From Alphaproteobacteria bacterium (lineage in GTDB: Bacteria; Pseudomonadota; Alphaproteobacteria; Bin95), in contig OZ219786.1 in the NCBI GenBank assembly GCA_964291285.2, positions 672,001 through 736,000 of the forward strand: a DNA stretch of 64,000 bases. Reading direction: 5' to 3'. The position numbers were made by a program, and so were the translations under genes. Below, in pieces: positions 1 through 8,681 of this stretch (positions are counted from its first letter, which is position 1; each line of letters begins with the position of its first letter). Under the pieces are notes generated by a model, which saw only the letters and a list, made by a program, of their open reading frames with translations, had not been told where the DNA came from and ran no database searches.

Positions 1-2006
1 CAACTCGGCTTGAGAATCGACTGATTTGACGGTTTTCCGGCGCGAGAAGTGTCGGATTTCGGTGCAGTACCTCTCGGGACCGGCTTGTAGTGCCGACCTA
101 CCCCCTTGATCGGGCTGGCGAAGATCCGGACGCTGCGCTGATGTTCGTGCGCTGCAAGAGACGCTTCAAGGACGGCAAGGAGCACCGCTACTGGAGCGTT
201 GTGGAGAACGTCCGGGTCCACGGCGGTCGGGTTGTTCAGCGTCAGGTGCTCTATCTCGGGGAGATCAACGACAGCCAGCGAGCGGCGTGGTGCCGCTCGA
301 TCGAGGTGGTGGAGGGCAAGTCGCGATCACGGCAGATGGCGCTGTTTCCCGAGGACCGGGAGGCGCCGGCGCTGACTTGCGAAGTGGTGAAGATCGACCT
401 CTCGCAGGTGGCGCTTCACGACCCGCGCCAGTGGGGGGCGTGCTGGCTGGCGCTGTCCTTGTGGGACCGCCTGGACCTGGACCGCTTCTGGGAAGAGCGG
501 CTGCCGGCGAGCCGGCAAGGCACGCGGTGGCTGGACATCCTGAAGATCCAGGTCTGCTACCGGCTGATCGACCCGGGCAGCGAGTGGCGCCTTCACCGTC
601 ACTGGTATGAGCACAGCGCGCTTCGCGATCTTCTGGGTGGCGAGCGGGCGATCGCCGACGACACACTCTATCGCTGTCTCGACAAGCTGCTGGCGCACAA
701 GCAGGGCTTCTTCTCGTTTCTGCGCGACCGCTGGGCGACGCTGTTCGAGGCGCGCTTCGACGTGCTGCTCTACGACCTGACCTCGACCTACTTCGAGAGC
801 GATCCGCCGTTCGATGACAAGCGCCGCTTCGGCTACAGCCGGGACAAGCGGCCCGACTGCGTGCAGGTGGTGATCGCCCTGATCGTTACGCCGCAGGGCT
901 TTCCGCTGGCCTATGAGGTGATGCCGGGCAACACCTCCGACGACACCACGCTGGCGGCGTTCCTCAAGAAGATCGAGGATCAGTATGGCCGCTCCGAGCG
1001 GGTGTGGATCATGGACCGCGGCATCCCCACCGAGGAGACGCTGGCCGCGATGCGCGAGGGCGAGGCGCCGGTGCGCTACCTGGTGGGCACGCCCAAGGGC
1101 CGGCTGACGCGGCTCGAGAAGGTGTTCCTGGGCCTGCCCTGGCAGGAGGTGCGCCAGTCCGTGACTGTCAAGCTTCTGGTCGAGGATGGCGAGCTCTACG
1201 TCCTGGTGCGCAGCGAGGGGCGGCAGGTGAAGGAACGCGGCATGCGCCGGCGCCGGCTGAAGAGGCTGTGGCGTCGATTGGCCGAGTTGCAAGGGCAGTC
1301 GAACAGCCGGGATCAGTTGTTGCTCAAGCTCGGCGCCGCCAGGAAGGAGGCCGGCCGGGCCTGGAGCCTGGTCGACATCACCGTGCCCGGGACCGACAGC
1401 GAACTCGCCGCCAACGGCTTCTCATTCCGCCTGCAGCGCGACCGGCTGCGCCAGGTCCGCCGCCGCGAGGGCCGTTACCTGCTGCGATCCAACATGGTCG
1501 CCGAAGACCCCGCCACGCTGTGGCATCTGTACATGCAGCTCGTCGAGATCGAGCAGGCGTTCAAGGAACTCAAGCACGACCTCGCGATCCGCCCCATCTT
1601 CCATCAGCGCCAAGAGCGCATCGAGGCGCATATCTTCGTCTCGTTCATCGCCTACTGCCTGCTGGTGACCCTGAAGAACCTCGCCCGGCCGCGCGCCCCG
1701 GGCCTCACCCCACGCGCCATCCTTGAGGCCTTCGCCACCATCCAGATGGTGGACGTCCATCTGCCAACCACCGACGGCCGGCACCTCGTCCTGCCGCGCC
1801 ACACCCGGCCGAACAAGGAGCACGAGCTACTGCTGCAACAGCTCGGCATGACCTGGCCGCAGCAACCCGCACCCCGGATCTCCGCCTGACGGCACACGGC
1901 GCCGCCTCTCCGTTCGCCGCCTTGTAGTGCCGACCCTCGGGGAGACGATCAAGGCTATTCAATGAGTTAGCATCCTCATGACCCCCGAGTTGCGGAAGTC
2001 GGGCTA
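1..2006 (+). mobile_element. IS1634-family insertion sequence, copy A (left end cut by window edge)
   Basis: Contains a DDE transposase. The right end CCGAGTTGCGGAAGTCGGGCTA ends at 2006, and the window opens inside the matching left IR (CAACTCGG). The transposase is identical in translation to that of the inverted copy at 4624-6643. Confidence 0.9.
90..1889 (+). CDS. IS1634-family DDE transposase (true start probably ATG at 141, MFVRCKRR)
   Basis: Motifs LLYDLTSTYFE, RFGYSRDKRPDCVQV, WIMDRG and IEQAFKELKHDLAIRPIFH are typical of IS1634 transposases. Confidence 0.9.
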   Translation: MPTYPLDRAGEDPDAALMFVRCKRRFKDGKEHRYWSVVENVRVHGGRVVQRQVLYLGEINDSQRAAWCRSIEVVEGKSRSRQMALFPEDREAPALTCEVVKIDLSQVALHDPRQWGACWLALSLWDRLDLDRFWEERLPASRQGTRWLDILKIQVCYRLIDPGSEWRLHRHWYEHSALRDLLGGERAIADDTLYRCLDKLLAHKQGFFSFLRDRWATLFEARFDVLLYDLTSTYFESDPPFDDKRRFGYSRDKRPDCVQVVIALIVTPQGFPLAYEVMPGNTSDDTTLAAFLKKIEDQYGRSERVWIMDRGIPTEETLAAMREGEAPVRYLVGTPKGRLTRLEKVFLGLPWQEVRQSVTVKLLVEDGELYVLVRSEGRQVKERGMRRRRLKRLWRRLAELQGQSNSRDQLLLKLGAARKEAGRAWSLVDITVPGTDSELAANGFSFRLQRDRLRQVRRREGRYLLRSNMVAEDPATLWHLYMQLVEIEQAFKELKHDLAIRPIFHQRQERIEAHIFVSFIAYCLLVTLKNLARPRAPGLTPRAILEAFATIQMVDVHLPTTDGRHLVLPRHTRPNKEHELLLQQLGMTWPQQPAPRISA

Positions 2007-2028
2007 AAGGGTGGTTCCCGGCAGGCGG
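2005..2028 (+). repeat. 24-bp direct repeat, copy 1 (TAAAGGGTGGTTCCCGGCAGGCGG)
   Basis: 23/24 identical to 2599-2622. Confidence 0.85.
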
Positions 2029-2053
2029 GTAACGGAAAGGGTAGCTGAGCGTA

Positions 2054-2416
2054 TCAGGAGCACTTCTTCTTCAGCTTGGCCTCGTAGAGCTGACGTTCCC
2101 TGTCGCGGATCTTCTGGCGAGCGATATGCTCCAGTTTCTCATCGGCCATCACCGACCACAAACCGCCCCAGAATATCTGCTTGGCCTGTCCGCTGGTGGC
2201 CTCTTGGTCAACACCTCTCTCATGGCGTTGCAGCAAAAGAAACTCCTGCTCAATGTCGTCGCATGACATCGCGCGCAGTTTGGCCGCGTCGAGCGGAGGC
2301 ATTTGCTCGAACTCCTTCGTGGCACAGGCGCCGAGTGTGAGCAGTGCCGCCGCGGCAGCTAAGCAAATGGCGACCTTTGTCTTCCCCGAAACGGGGAGAA
2401 AGTGGGGTGAACGCAT
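2054..2416 (-). CDS. Small hypothetical lipoprotein
   Basis: Hydrophobic leader VAICLAAAAALLT followed by lipobox LGAC. Visibly lower GC than the flanks. Start taken at MRSPHF (uncertain). Confidence 0.6.
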   Translation of the reverse strand: MRSPHFLPVSGKTKVAICLAAAAALLTLGACATKEFEQMPPLDAAKLRAMSCDDIEQEFLLLQRHERGVDQEATSGQAKQIFWGGLWSVMADEKLEHIARQKIRDRERQLYEAKLKKKCS

Positions 2417-2598
2417 CAAATTGAGGCCTCTGATCCGGACAGCTGGCGCACAATTGTACCGATGCAATCACACTTAAATATCATCTTTGCAGATGTCAAA
2501 CTCTCAGCGCTATTGGGGAAGTTGCGGTCCCGTTTCTTGGTTTCCTCCGCACATGGCGCCTGCTCGGCCAGCCCGCCGCCCCGGCGCTCAGGGAGCTG

Positions 2599-2622
2599 TA
2601 AAGGGTGGTTCCCGGCGGGCGG
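2599..2622 (+). repeat. 24-bp direct repeat, copy 2 (TAAAGGGTGGTTCCCGGCGGGCGG)
   Basis: 23/24 identical to 2005-2028. Confidence 0.85.
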
Positions 2623-2672
2623 CGGCGCGCTATGCTGGCCGGGACATCCATGCGGACGGGGGAGAGAGCGTC

Positions 2673-3440
2673 ATGGCGGGAATGCTGGCGGGCAAGGCGG
2701 CGCTGATTACCGGAGGTGCGAACGGGATCGGGCGGGCGACGGCGCTGCTTTTTGCGCAGGAAGGGGCGCGGGTCGCGGCGGCCGACCTCAATCTCGAAGG
2801 GGCGGAGGAGACCGCCGCCATGATCCGCGAGGCCGGCGGCGAGGCGATTGCGCTCTCCGTCGAGGTGTCGGACGCCGGACAGGTCGAGGCGATGGTCGAG
2901 GCGACCGTGGAGGCGTTCGGGCGGATCGACTGCGCCTTCAACAATGCCGGCATTGCGCCCGTCAATGTCGGCAACAACGCCAAGCGGACGCATAGCTGGT
3001 CGGAGGAAGGGTTCGACCGGATGATCGAGGTCAATCTCAAGGGCGTGTGGCTGTGCATGAAGAGCGAGATCGCGCGCATGCTGGAGACCGGCGGCGGGAC
3101 CATCGTCAACACCTCCTCCATCGCGGGCCTCGCCGGCCTGCCGACCTCGTCCGGCTATGTCGCCGCCAAGCACGGCGTCTCCGGCCTCACGCGCACCGCC
3201 GGCATCGAATACGCCACCGACAATATCCGCGTGAACGCCGTCTGCCCCGGCTTCATCGCCACCGACATGACCCGCGAGGTCATGTCCCGGCGCGGCAACG
3301 AGCTCATGGCCCTGGTGCCGGCGCGGCGGATGGGCGAGGCGCGGGAGATCGCCGAGATGGTCTGCTGGCTCTGCTCGGACCGCTCCGGATTCGTCACCGG
3401 GGCCACCTACAATGTCGATGGCGGCTACATGGCGTCCTGA
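2673..3440 (+). CDS. Short-chain dehydrogenase/reductase (classical SDR)
   Basis: TGGANGIG Rossmann motif, NNAG and YVAAK catalytic motif. RBS GGAGAG before the ATG at 2673. Confidence 0.92.
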   Translation: MAGMLAGKAALITGGANGIGRATALLFAQEGARVAAADLNLEGAEETAAMIREAGGEAIALSVEVSDAGQVEAMVEATVEAFGRIDCAFNNAGIAPVNVGNNAKRTHSWSEEGFDRMIEVNLKGVWLCMKSEIARMLETGGGTIVNTSSIAGLAGLPTSSGYVAAKHGVSGLTRTAGIEYATDNIRVNAVCPGFIATDMTREVMSRRGNELMALVPARRMGEAREIAEMVCWLCSDRSGFVTGATYNVDGGYMAS

Positions 3441-3467
3441 CGGGCGGAACGGGGAGGAGACAGGGGC

Positions 3468-4238
3468 ATGGCCGGAATGCTGGCGGGCAAGGCGGCGCTG
3501 ATTACCGGGGCCGCGAACGGCATCGGGCGGGCGACGGCGCTGCTTTTCGCGCAGGAAGGCGCGCGGGTGGCGGCGGCCGACCTCAACCTCGAAGGGGCGG
3601 AGGAGACCGCCGCCACGATCCGCGAGGCGGGCGGCGAGGCGGTTGCGCTTCCCGTCGAGGTGGTCGAGGCCGAGCAGGTCGAGGCGATGCTGGATGCGGC
3701 GGTCGAGGCCTTCGGGCGGATCGACTGCGCCTTCAACAATGCGGGCATCGGACCGGCGAATCTCGACCATTACGCCCGGCGCACCCATGAATGGACCGAG
3801 GAAGGCTTCGACCGGATGATCGCGGTCAACCTCAAGGGCGTGTGGCTCTGCATGAAGGGCGAGATCGAGCGGATGAAGGCGGACGAAGGCGGCGGGGCCA
3901 TCGTCAACACCTCCTCGGTCGCCGGCCTGCTCGGCCTGCCGGGCGGCAGCGCCTATGTGGCGGCCAAGCATGCCGTCTCGGGCCTCACGCGCACCGCCGG
4001 CATCGAATACGCCTCGGACGGCATCCGCGTGAACGCCGTCTGCCCCGGCTATATCGCGACCGACATGACGCGCGAGGCCCGCGCCCGGCGCGGCAACGAG
4101 CTCATGAACCGCGTGCCGGCCCGGCGCATGGGCGAGGCGCATGAGATCGCCGAGATGGTCTGCTGGCTCTGCTCCGAGCGCTCAAGCTACGTCACCGGCG
4201 CCACCTACAATGTCGATGGCGGCTACGTGGCATCGTGA
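3468..4238 (+). CDS. Short-chain dehydrogenase/reductase, tandem paralog of the previous gene
   Basis: TGAANGIG, NNAG and YVAAK motifs. Colinear with and highly similar to 2673-3440. Confidence 0.92.
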   Translation: MAGMLAGKAALITGAANGIGRATALLFAQEGARVAAADLNLEGAEETAATIREAGGEAVALPVEVVEAEQVEAMLDAAVEAFGRIDCAFNNAGIGPANLDHYARRTHEWTEEGFDRMIAVNLKGVWLCMKGEIERMKADEGGGAIVNTSSVAGLLGLPGGSAYVAAKHAVSGLTRTAGIEYASDGIRVNAVCPGYIATDMTREARARRGNELMNRVPARRMGEAHEIAEMVCWLCSERSSYVTGATYNVDGGYVAS

Positions 4239-4354
4239 CCACAGAGGGGCGCGAAAGCCGGGCCGTCGCCGTCCCCGGCCGGTCGGCCGGCGGCCCGGCG
4301 CGCTGGCGCGGCTCCTGGACGAACGGCGAGGCCGTGCCTGCAGCCAGGACTTTT

Positions 4355-4623
4355 TTCGTTCGATTTTTATGAAATAATTCAGAATTAAAGCTTAACCTCT
4401 GAGAAGTCCGATCTAATATAGGGCGAGAGGAAGGGAGCGGTATCCGCGCGGGGCCGCTTCTTCTCCCGGTTCGCGCCGGCGCACAAAACCCTGAGAAATG
4501 GACGGGAGATGTACGCCCTGCGTTCGGGCCTCGCGCGCGCGGGCGCAATCAGGCGCGCGATTCGCGCCGCCGCGGGACGTGCGCAGGCGCGCGCGGGGGC
4601 GCCCGCGCAGGATACGCGCGAAT
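4355..4623 (+). repeat. Dispersed structured intergenic element, diverged copy 1 (ends at the IS1634 junction)
   Basis: Shares the AT-rich TGAAAT block, the AGCGG..CCGCTTC hairpin (4435-4460), GCGCAATCAGGCGCGCGA..CGCGCC (4543-4568) and GGCGCCCGCGCAGGATACGCGCGAAT (4598-4623) with the copies at 38.9 and 58.7 kb. Confidence 0.75.
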
Positions 4624-6643
4624 TAGCCCGACTTCCGCAACTCGGGGGTCATGAGGATGCTAACTCATTGAATAGCCTTGATCGTCTCCCCGAGGGTCGG
4701 CACTACAAGGCGGCGAACGGAGAGGCGGCGCCGTGTGCCGTCAGGCGGAGATCCGGGGTGCGGGTTGCTGCGGCCAGGTCATGCCGAGCTGTTGCAGCAG
4801 TAGCTCGTGCTCCTTGTTCGGCCGGGTGTGGCGCGGCAGGACGAGGTGCCGGCCGTCGGTGGTTGGCAGATGGACGTCCACCATCTGGATGGTGGCGAAG
4901 GCCTCAAGGATGGCGCGTGGGGTGAGGCCCGGGGCGCGCGGCCGGGCGAGGTTCTTCAGGGTCACCAGCAGGCAGTAGGCGATGAACGAGACGAAGATAT
5001 GCGCCTCGATGCGCTCTTGGCGCTGATGGAAGATGGGGCGGATCGCGAGGTCGTGCTTGAGTTCCTTGAACGCCTGCTCGATCTCGACGAGCTGCATGTA
5101 CAGATGCCACAGCGTGGCGGGGTCTTCGGCGACCATGTTGGATCGCAGCAGGTAACGGCCCTCGCGGCGGCGGACCTGGCGCAGCCGGTCGCGCTGCAGG
5201 CGGAATGAGAAGCCGTTGGCGGCGAGTTCGCTGTCGGTCCCGGGCACGGTGATGTCGACCAGGCTCCAGGCCCGGCCGGCCTCCTTCCTGGCGGCGCCGA
5301 GCTTGAGCAACAACTGATCCCGGCTGTTCGACTGCCCTTGCAACTCGGCCAATCGACGCCACAGCCTCTTCAGCCGGCGCCGGCGCATGCCGCGTTCCTT
5401 CACCTGCCGCCCCTCGCTGCGCACCAGGACGTAGAGCTCGCCATCCTCGACCAGAAGCTTGACAGTCACGGACTGGCGCACCTCCTGCCAGGGCAGGCCC
5501 AGGAACACCTTCTCGAGCCGCGTCAGCCGGCCCTTGGGCGTGCCCACCAGGTAGCGCACCGGCGCCTCGCCCTCGCGCATCGCGGCCAGCGTCTCCTCGG
5601 TGGGGATGCCGCGGTCCATGATCCACACCCGCTCGGAGCGGCCATACTGATCCTCGATCTTCTTGAGGAACGCCGCCAGCGTGGTGTCGTCGGAGGTGTT
5701 GCCCGGCATCACCTCATAGGCCAGCGGAAAGCCCTGCGGCGTAACGATCAGGGCGATCACCACCTGCACGCAGTCGGGCCGCTTGTCCCGGCTGTAGCCG
5801 AAGCGGCGCTTGTCATCGAACGGCGGATCGCTCTCGAAGTAGGTCGAGGTCAGGTCGTAGAGCAGCACGTCGAAGCGCGCCTCGAACAGCGTCGCCCAGC
5901 GGTCGCGCAGAAACGAGAAGAAGCCCTGCTTGTGCGCCAGCAGCTTGTCGAGACAGCGATAGAGTGTGTCGTCGGCGATCGCCCGCTCGCCACCCAGAAG
6001 ATCGCGAAGCGCGCTGTGCTCATACCAGTGACGGTGAAGGCGCCACTCGCTGCCCGGGTCGATCAGCCGGTAGCAGACCTGGATCTTCAGGATGTCCAGC
6101 CACCGCGTGCCTTGCCGGCTCGCCGGCAGCCGCTCTTCCCAGAAGCGGTCCAGGTCCAGGCGGTCCCACAAGGACAGCGCCAGCCAGCACGCCCCCCACT
6201 GGCGCGGGTCGTGAAGCGCCACCTGCGAGAGGTCGATCTTCACCACTTCGCAAGTCAGCGCCGGCGCCTCCCGGTCCTCGGGAAACAGCGCCATCTGCCG
6301 TGATCGCGACTTGCCCTCCACCACCTCGATCGAGCGGCACCACGCCGCTCGCTGGCTGTCGTTGATCTCCCCGAGATAGAGCACCTGACGCTGAACAACC
6401 CGACCGCCGTGGACCCGGACGTTCTCCACAACGCTCCAGTAGCGGTGCTCCTTGCCGTCCTTGAAGCGTCTCTTGCAGCGCACGAACATCAGCGCAGCGT
6501 CCGGATCTTCGCCAGCCCGATCAAGGGGGTAGGTCGGCACTACAAGCCGGTCCCGAGAGGTACTGCACCGAAATCCGACACTTCTCGCGCCGGAAAACCG
6601 TCAAATCAGTCGATTCTCAAGCCGAGTTGCGGAAGTCGGGCTA
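4624..6643 (-). mobile_element. IS1634-family insertion sequence, copy B (complete, 2020 bp counting the terminal TA)
   Basis: Inverted ends TAGCCCGACTTCCGCAACTCGG at 4624 and CCGAGTTGCGGAAGTCGGGCTA ending at 6643. The terminal TA may be a 2-bp target duplication. Confidence 0.92.
4741..6540 (-). CDS. IS1634-family DDE transposase
   Basis: Identical translation to 90-1889. Confidence 0.9.
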   Translation of the reverse strand: MPTYPLDRAGEDPDAALMFVRCKRRFKDGKEHRYWSVVENVRVHGGRVVQRQVLYLGEINDSQRAAWCRSIEVVEGKSRSRQMALFPEDREAPALTCEVVKIDLSQVALHDPRQWGACWLALSLWDRLDLDRFWEERLPASRQGTRWLDILKIQVCYRLIDPGSEWRLHRHWYEHSALRDLLGGERAIADDTLYRCLDKLLAHKQGFFSFLRDRWATLFEARFDVLLYDLTSTYFESDPPFDDKRRFGYSRDKRPDCVQVVIALIVTPQGFPLAYEVMPGNTSDDTTLAAFLKKIEDQYGRSERVWIMDRGIPTEETLAAMREGEAPVRYLVGTPKGRLTRLEKVFLGLPWQEVRQSVTVKLLVEDGELYVLVRSEGRQVKERGMRRRRLKRLWRRLAELQGQSNSRDQLLLKLGAARKEAGRAWSLVDITVPGTDSELAANGFSFRLQRDRLRQVRRREGRYLLRSNMVAEDPATLWHLYMQLVEIEQAFKELKHDLAIRPIFHQRQERIEAHIFVSFIAYCLLVTLKNLARPRAPGLTPRAILEAFATIQMVDVHLPTTDGRHLVLPRHTRPNKEHELLLQQLGMTWPQQPAPRISA

Positions 6644-6664
6644 ACAAACTTCTCGATCAGCACA

Positions 6665-6970
6665 CTAGCAGCCCGCCAACCGCTCGACACGCTCGCGCCA
6701 TGCCTCTTGCCCTGTGATCTCGCGCCTCGCCTCGCTGGCGCTCTTGCGGGCATGGCAATCGGCACATAGGCCCTGCCAGCCTTCCCGATTCCAGAATGTT
6801 TATGCCGTCCGGTTGGTCCGCAGCAGCTGGATATGGTCGAGTTCGCTTGCGGCGCGGACAATGCCGTTGCGCCTGCATTCCGCGCATAGGGGATTGGCGG
6901 CGAGGAAAACCCGCCTCGCGTGCCTGTAGCGGCGCGTAGAGCGCGCCCGGCGCGGGTCGAAGCCCGTCAT
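6665..6970 (-). pseudogene. Phage-type HNH endonuclease with an in-frame TAA at 6800-6802
   Basis: Manual translation: MTGFDPRRARSTRRYRHARRVFLAANPLCAECRRNGIVRAASELDHIQLLRTNRTA*TFWNREGWQGLCADCHARKSASEARREITGQEAWRERVERLAGC. Shows the CxxC..DH..WQGLCxxCH HNH pattern. Its ATG overlaps the portal stop (ATGA). Confidence 0.8.
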
Positions 6971-7983
6971 TGCCCTTCCTCAATCAAGCCCGCGATATAG
7001 AGCGCCTCGCGCGTCGGAACGCCAAGCCGGCCCAGGGCGTCGGCCGCCCTCGCCTGCATCGCGGTGTCGGAAGCCCGTAGCGCGGCGAAGTCGAGCGAAA
7101 CCGGGCGGCCCAGCTTCAGGGACGCTTCGTCGGCAAGAATGCGGCCCAGCGGCTCGATAGTCGCCCGCACAAGGCGCCTGTAGCTTTCGCGCGATGCAGC
7201 GCCGTCACCATCCCCGCGCAATAGGTTCGTGGGGACGCCCGCCGCCGCCGCAACCCCTTCGGCGCTTGTCCGCCTCGCCGCGTCGATCGACGCGGGCGGG
7301 TCCGGCTTCACGCGGTCCGTTTGCAGCCGTTCGGGCGCAAAGAATGTCCGCCCGTTCGGCGAGTTCTTTATCCGGTCCGCCAGCACGCCCAGGAATTCGG
7401 CGGCAACCGACGCCTTGTCTTCACGGTCGATTGAAAGCATGGCGTAGGACTTGATTGCAGACTCGCCCTTCAGCGCCAAATCGCCCGCCAGCGCCAGCTC
7501 GGCATCGGACATGGCGCCTTTGAGCGGCGAGCGCCCGCGCCAGGGCGTCCCTATGGTGCCGCCGACGCGGACATGCAGCACGGCATCGGCGGGCGCCAGC
7601 ACTTGCTCGCTGCCGGCATAGGGCGAAGGGACATAGAGGCGATAGCCCCACTCGCGCGGGTCCGGCGAGCGGCCCATAACATCGGCGCTCGACGCGGGCG
7701 CAATCATGCCGTCCGCCAGTATCGCGCCTATGAATTCGCCATGGAACAGGAGCGCCCGCCCGATAAGGTCCATAAGGCCCGGCGTCAGCCCGTCCGCGCC
7801 CTCGACGCGGGCGGCGGCGAAGGCCCGCCCATAGACGCCCGCGCAGGCTTCCGCGACGCTCAGGCGGCGCAAGTCCGCCGGGGCGCCCGCCGCCCGTTCC
7901 AGCGCCCATTCCTCGATTGAGTCGCCAATGTCGGCCCGCGTTTCGGCGGGCGCTTCGGCTTGCCGCGACCAGGGCCAGCGCAT
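6967..7983 (-). CDS. Phage portal protein (short, HK97-like)
   Basis: Portal-like motifs ADAVLHVR, GRSPL, VAAAAGVPTNLL and TIEPLGRILADEASLKL. Lies between a prohead protease and an HNH gene. Confidence 0.7.
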   Translation of the reverse strand: MRWPWSRQAEAPAETRADIGDSIEEWALERAAGAPADLRRLSVAEACAGVYGRAFAAARVEGADGLTPGLMDLIGRALLFHGEFIGAILADGMIAPASSADVMGRSPDPREWGYRLYVPSPYAGSEQVLAPADAVLHVRVGGTIGTPWRGRSPLKGAMSDAELALAGDLALKGESAIKSYAMLSIDREDKASVAAEFLGVLADRIKNSPNGRTFFAPERLQTDRVKPDPPASIDAARRTSAEGVAAAAGVPTNLLRGDGDGAASRESYRRLVRATIEPLGRILADEASLKLGRPVSLDFAALRASDTAMQARAADALGRLGVPTREALYIAGLIEEGQ

Positions 7984-8465
7984 TACAGGACGCCAAGCAG
8001 CCGGCGGCGGCGGTCGCGCTCGCGCAACGAAACCGCCGTGCCCGGATAGGACGGGGCGGCGACAAGCCCTATGCCGACAAGGACCGCCTCGCCCACTTCA
8101 CGGATACCCGCGACCGATTGCGAGACGGCCCGGTTGAATTCGACGCTGAAGCCCGCCAGCCGGCCCGCGCGCACTTCCTCAAGCGCCGCCAGCCCTTCGG
8201 GCGTGTCGTCAACCGTTATGGTCGCCTCAAGCCCTTCCGCGCCGTCGCGAAGCTCGACCGCGCCGGGCCAGCCGGCAATCGGGCGCGAGCGGTCATGCGC
8301 GGCATGGACAAGGCCGCGCGGGGCGGCCCGAAGCGCGCCCGGCAGGAACCTTTCGCGGTGCGAAGGCGAAACGCGCCCGTAGGGCATCACCACGCCCGCC
8401 AGGGTGCGCTTGTCGAGGTCCGCGCGGATCTCGGCGGCCGTTTCGCGGGTTTCGGTTTCCAGCAT
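7983..8465 (-). CDS. HK97-family prohead (capsid maturation) protease
   Basis: LAGVVMPYG, ERFLPGA, AHDRSRPIAG, LAGFSVEF (catalytic Ser) and IGLVAAPSYPGT. Likely start MLETETRE at 8465. Confidence 0.8.
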   Translation of the reverse strand: MLETETRETAAEIRADLDKRTLAGVVMPYGRVSPSHRERFLPGALRAAPRGLVHAAHDRSRPIAGWPGAVELRDGAEGLEATITVDDTPEGLAALEEVRAGRLAGFSVEFNRAVSQSVAGIREVGEAVLVGIGLVAAPSYPGTAVSLRERDRRRRLLGVL

Positions 8466-8681
8466 CAGCCGGTCGAAACGCGCGCGGCGAGCTTTCGATA
8501 GGCGTTCATGTTGAAGGTTATGGACAAGTCCATGAGCGCCATGGATCACAAACCGTCAAGTGCGTTTGCGGCCCAGCAGTCGATGGTTTCCACGCCGGTT
8601 TCGGGCGCGGTCGCGTCGGAGAGCTGCGTTAGCTGACATATAAGCCCCATCAAAAGGTGGTGGGAATCCGAATGGCGGCTT

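Noticed and set aside
6665-8465. Gene transfer agent cluster or intact prophage
   Set aside because: The gene order differs from RcGTA, and terL, capsid and tail genes are absent.
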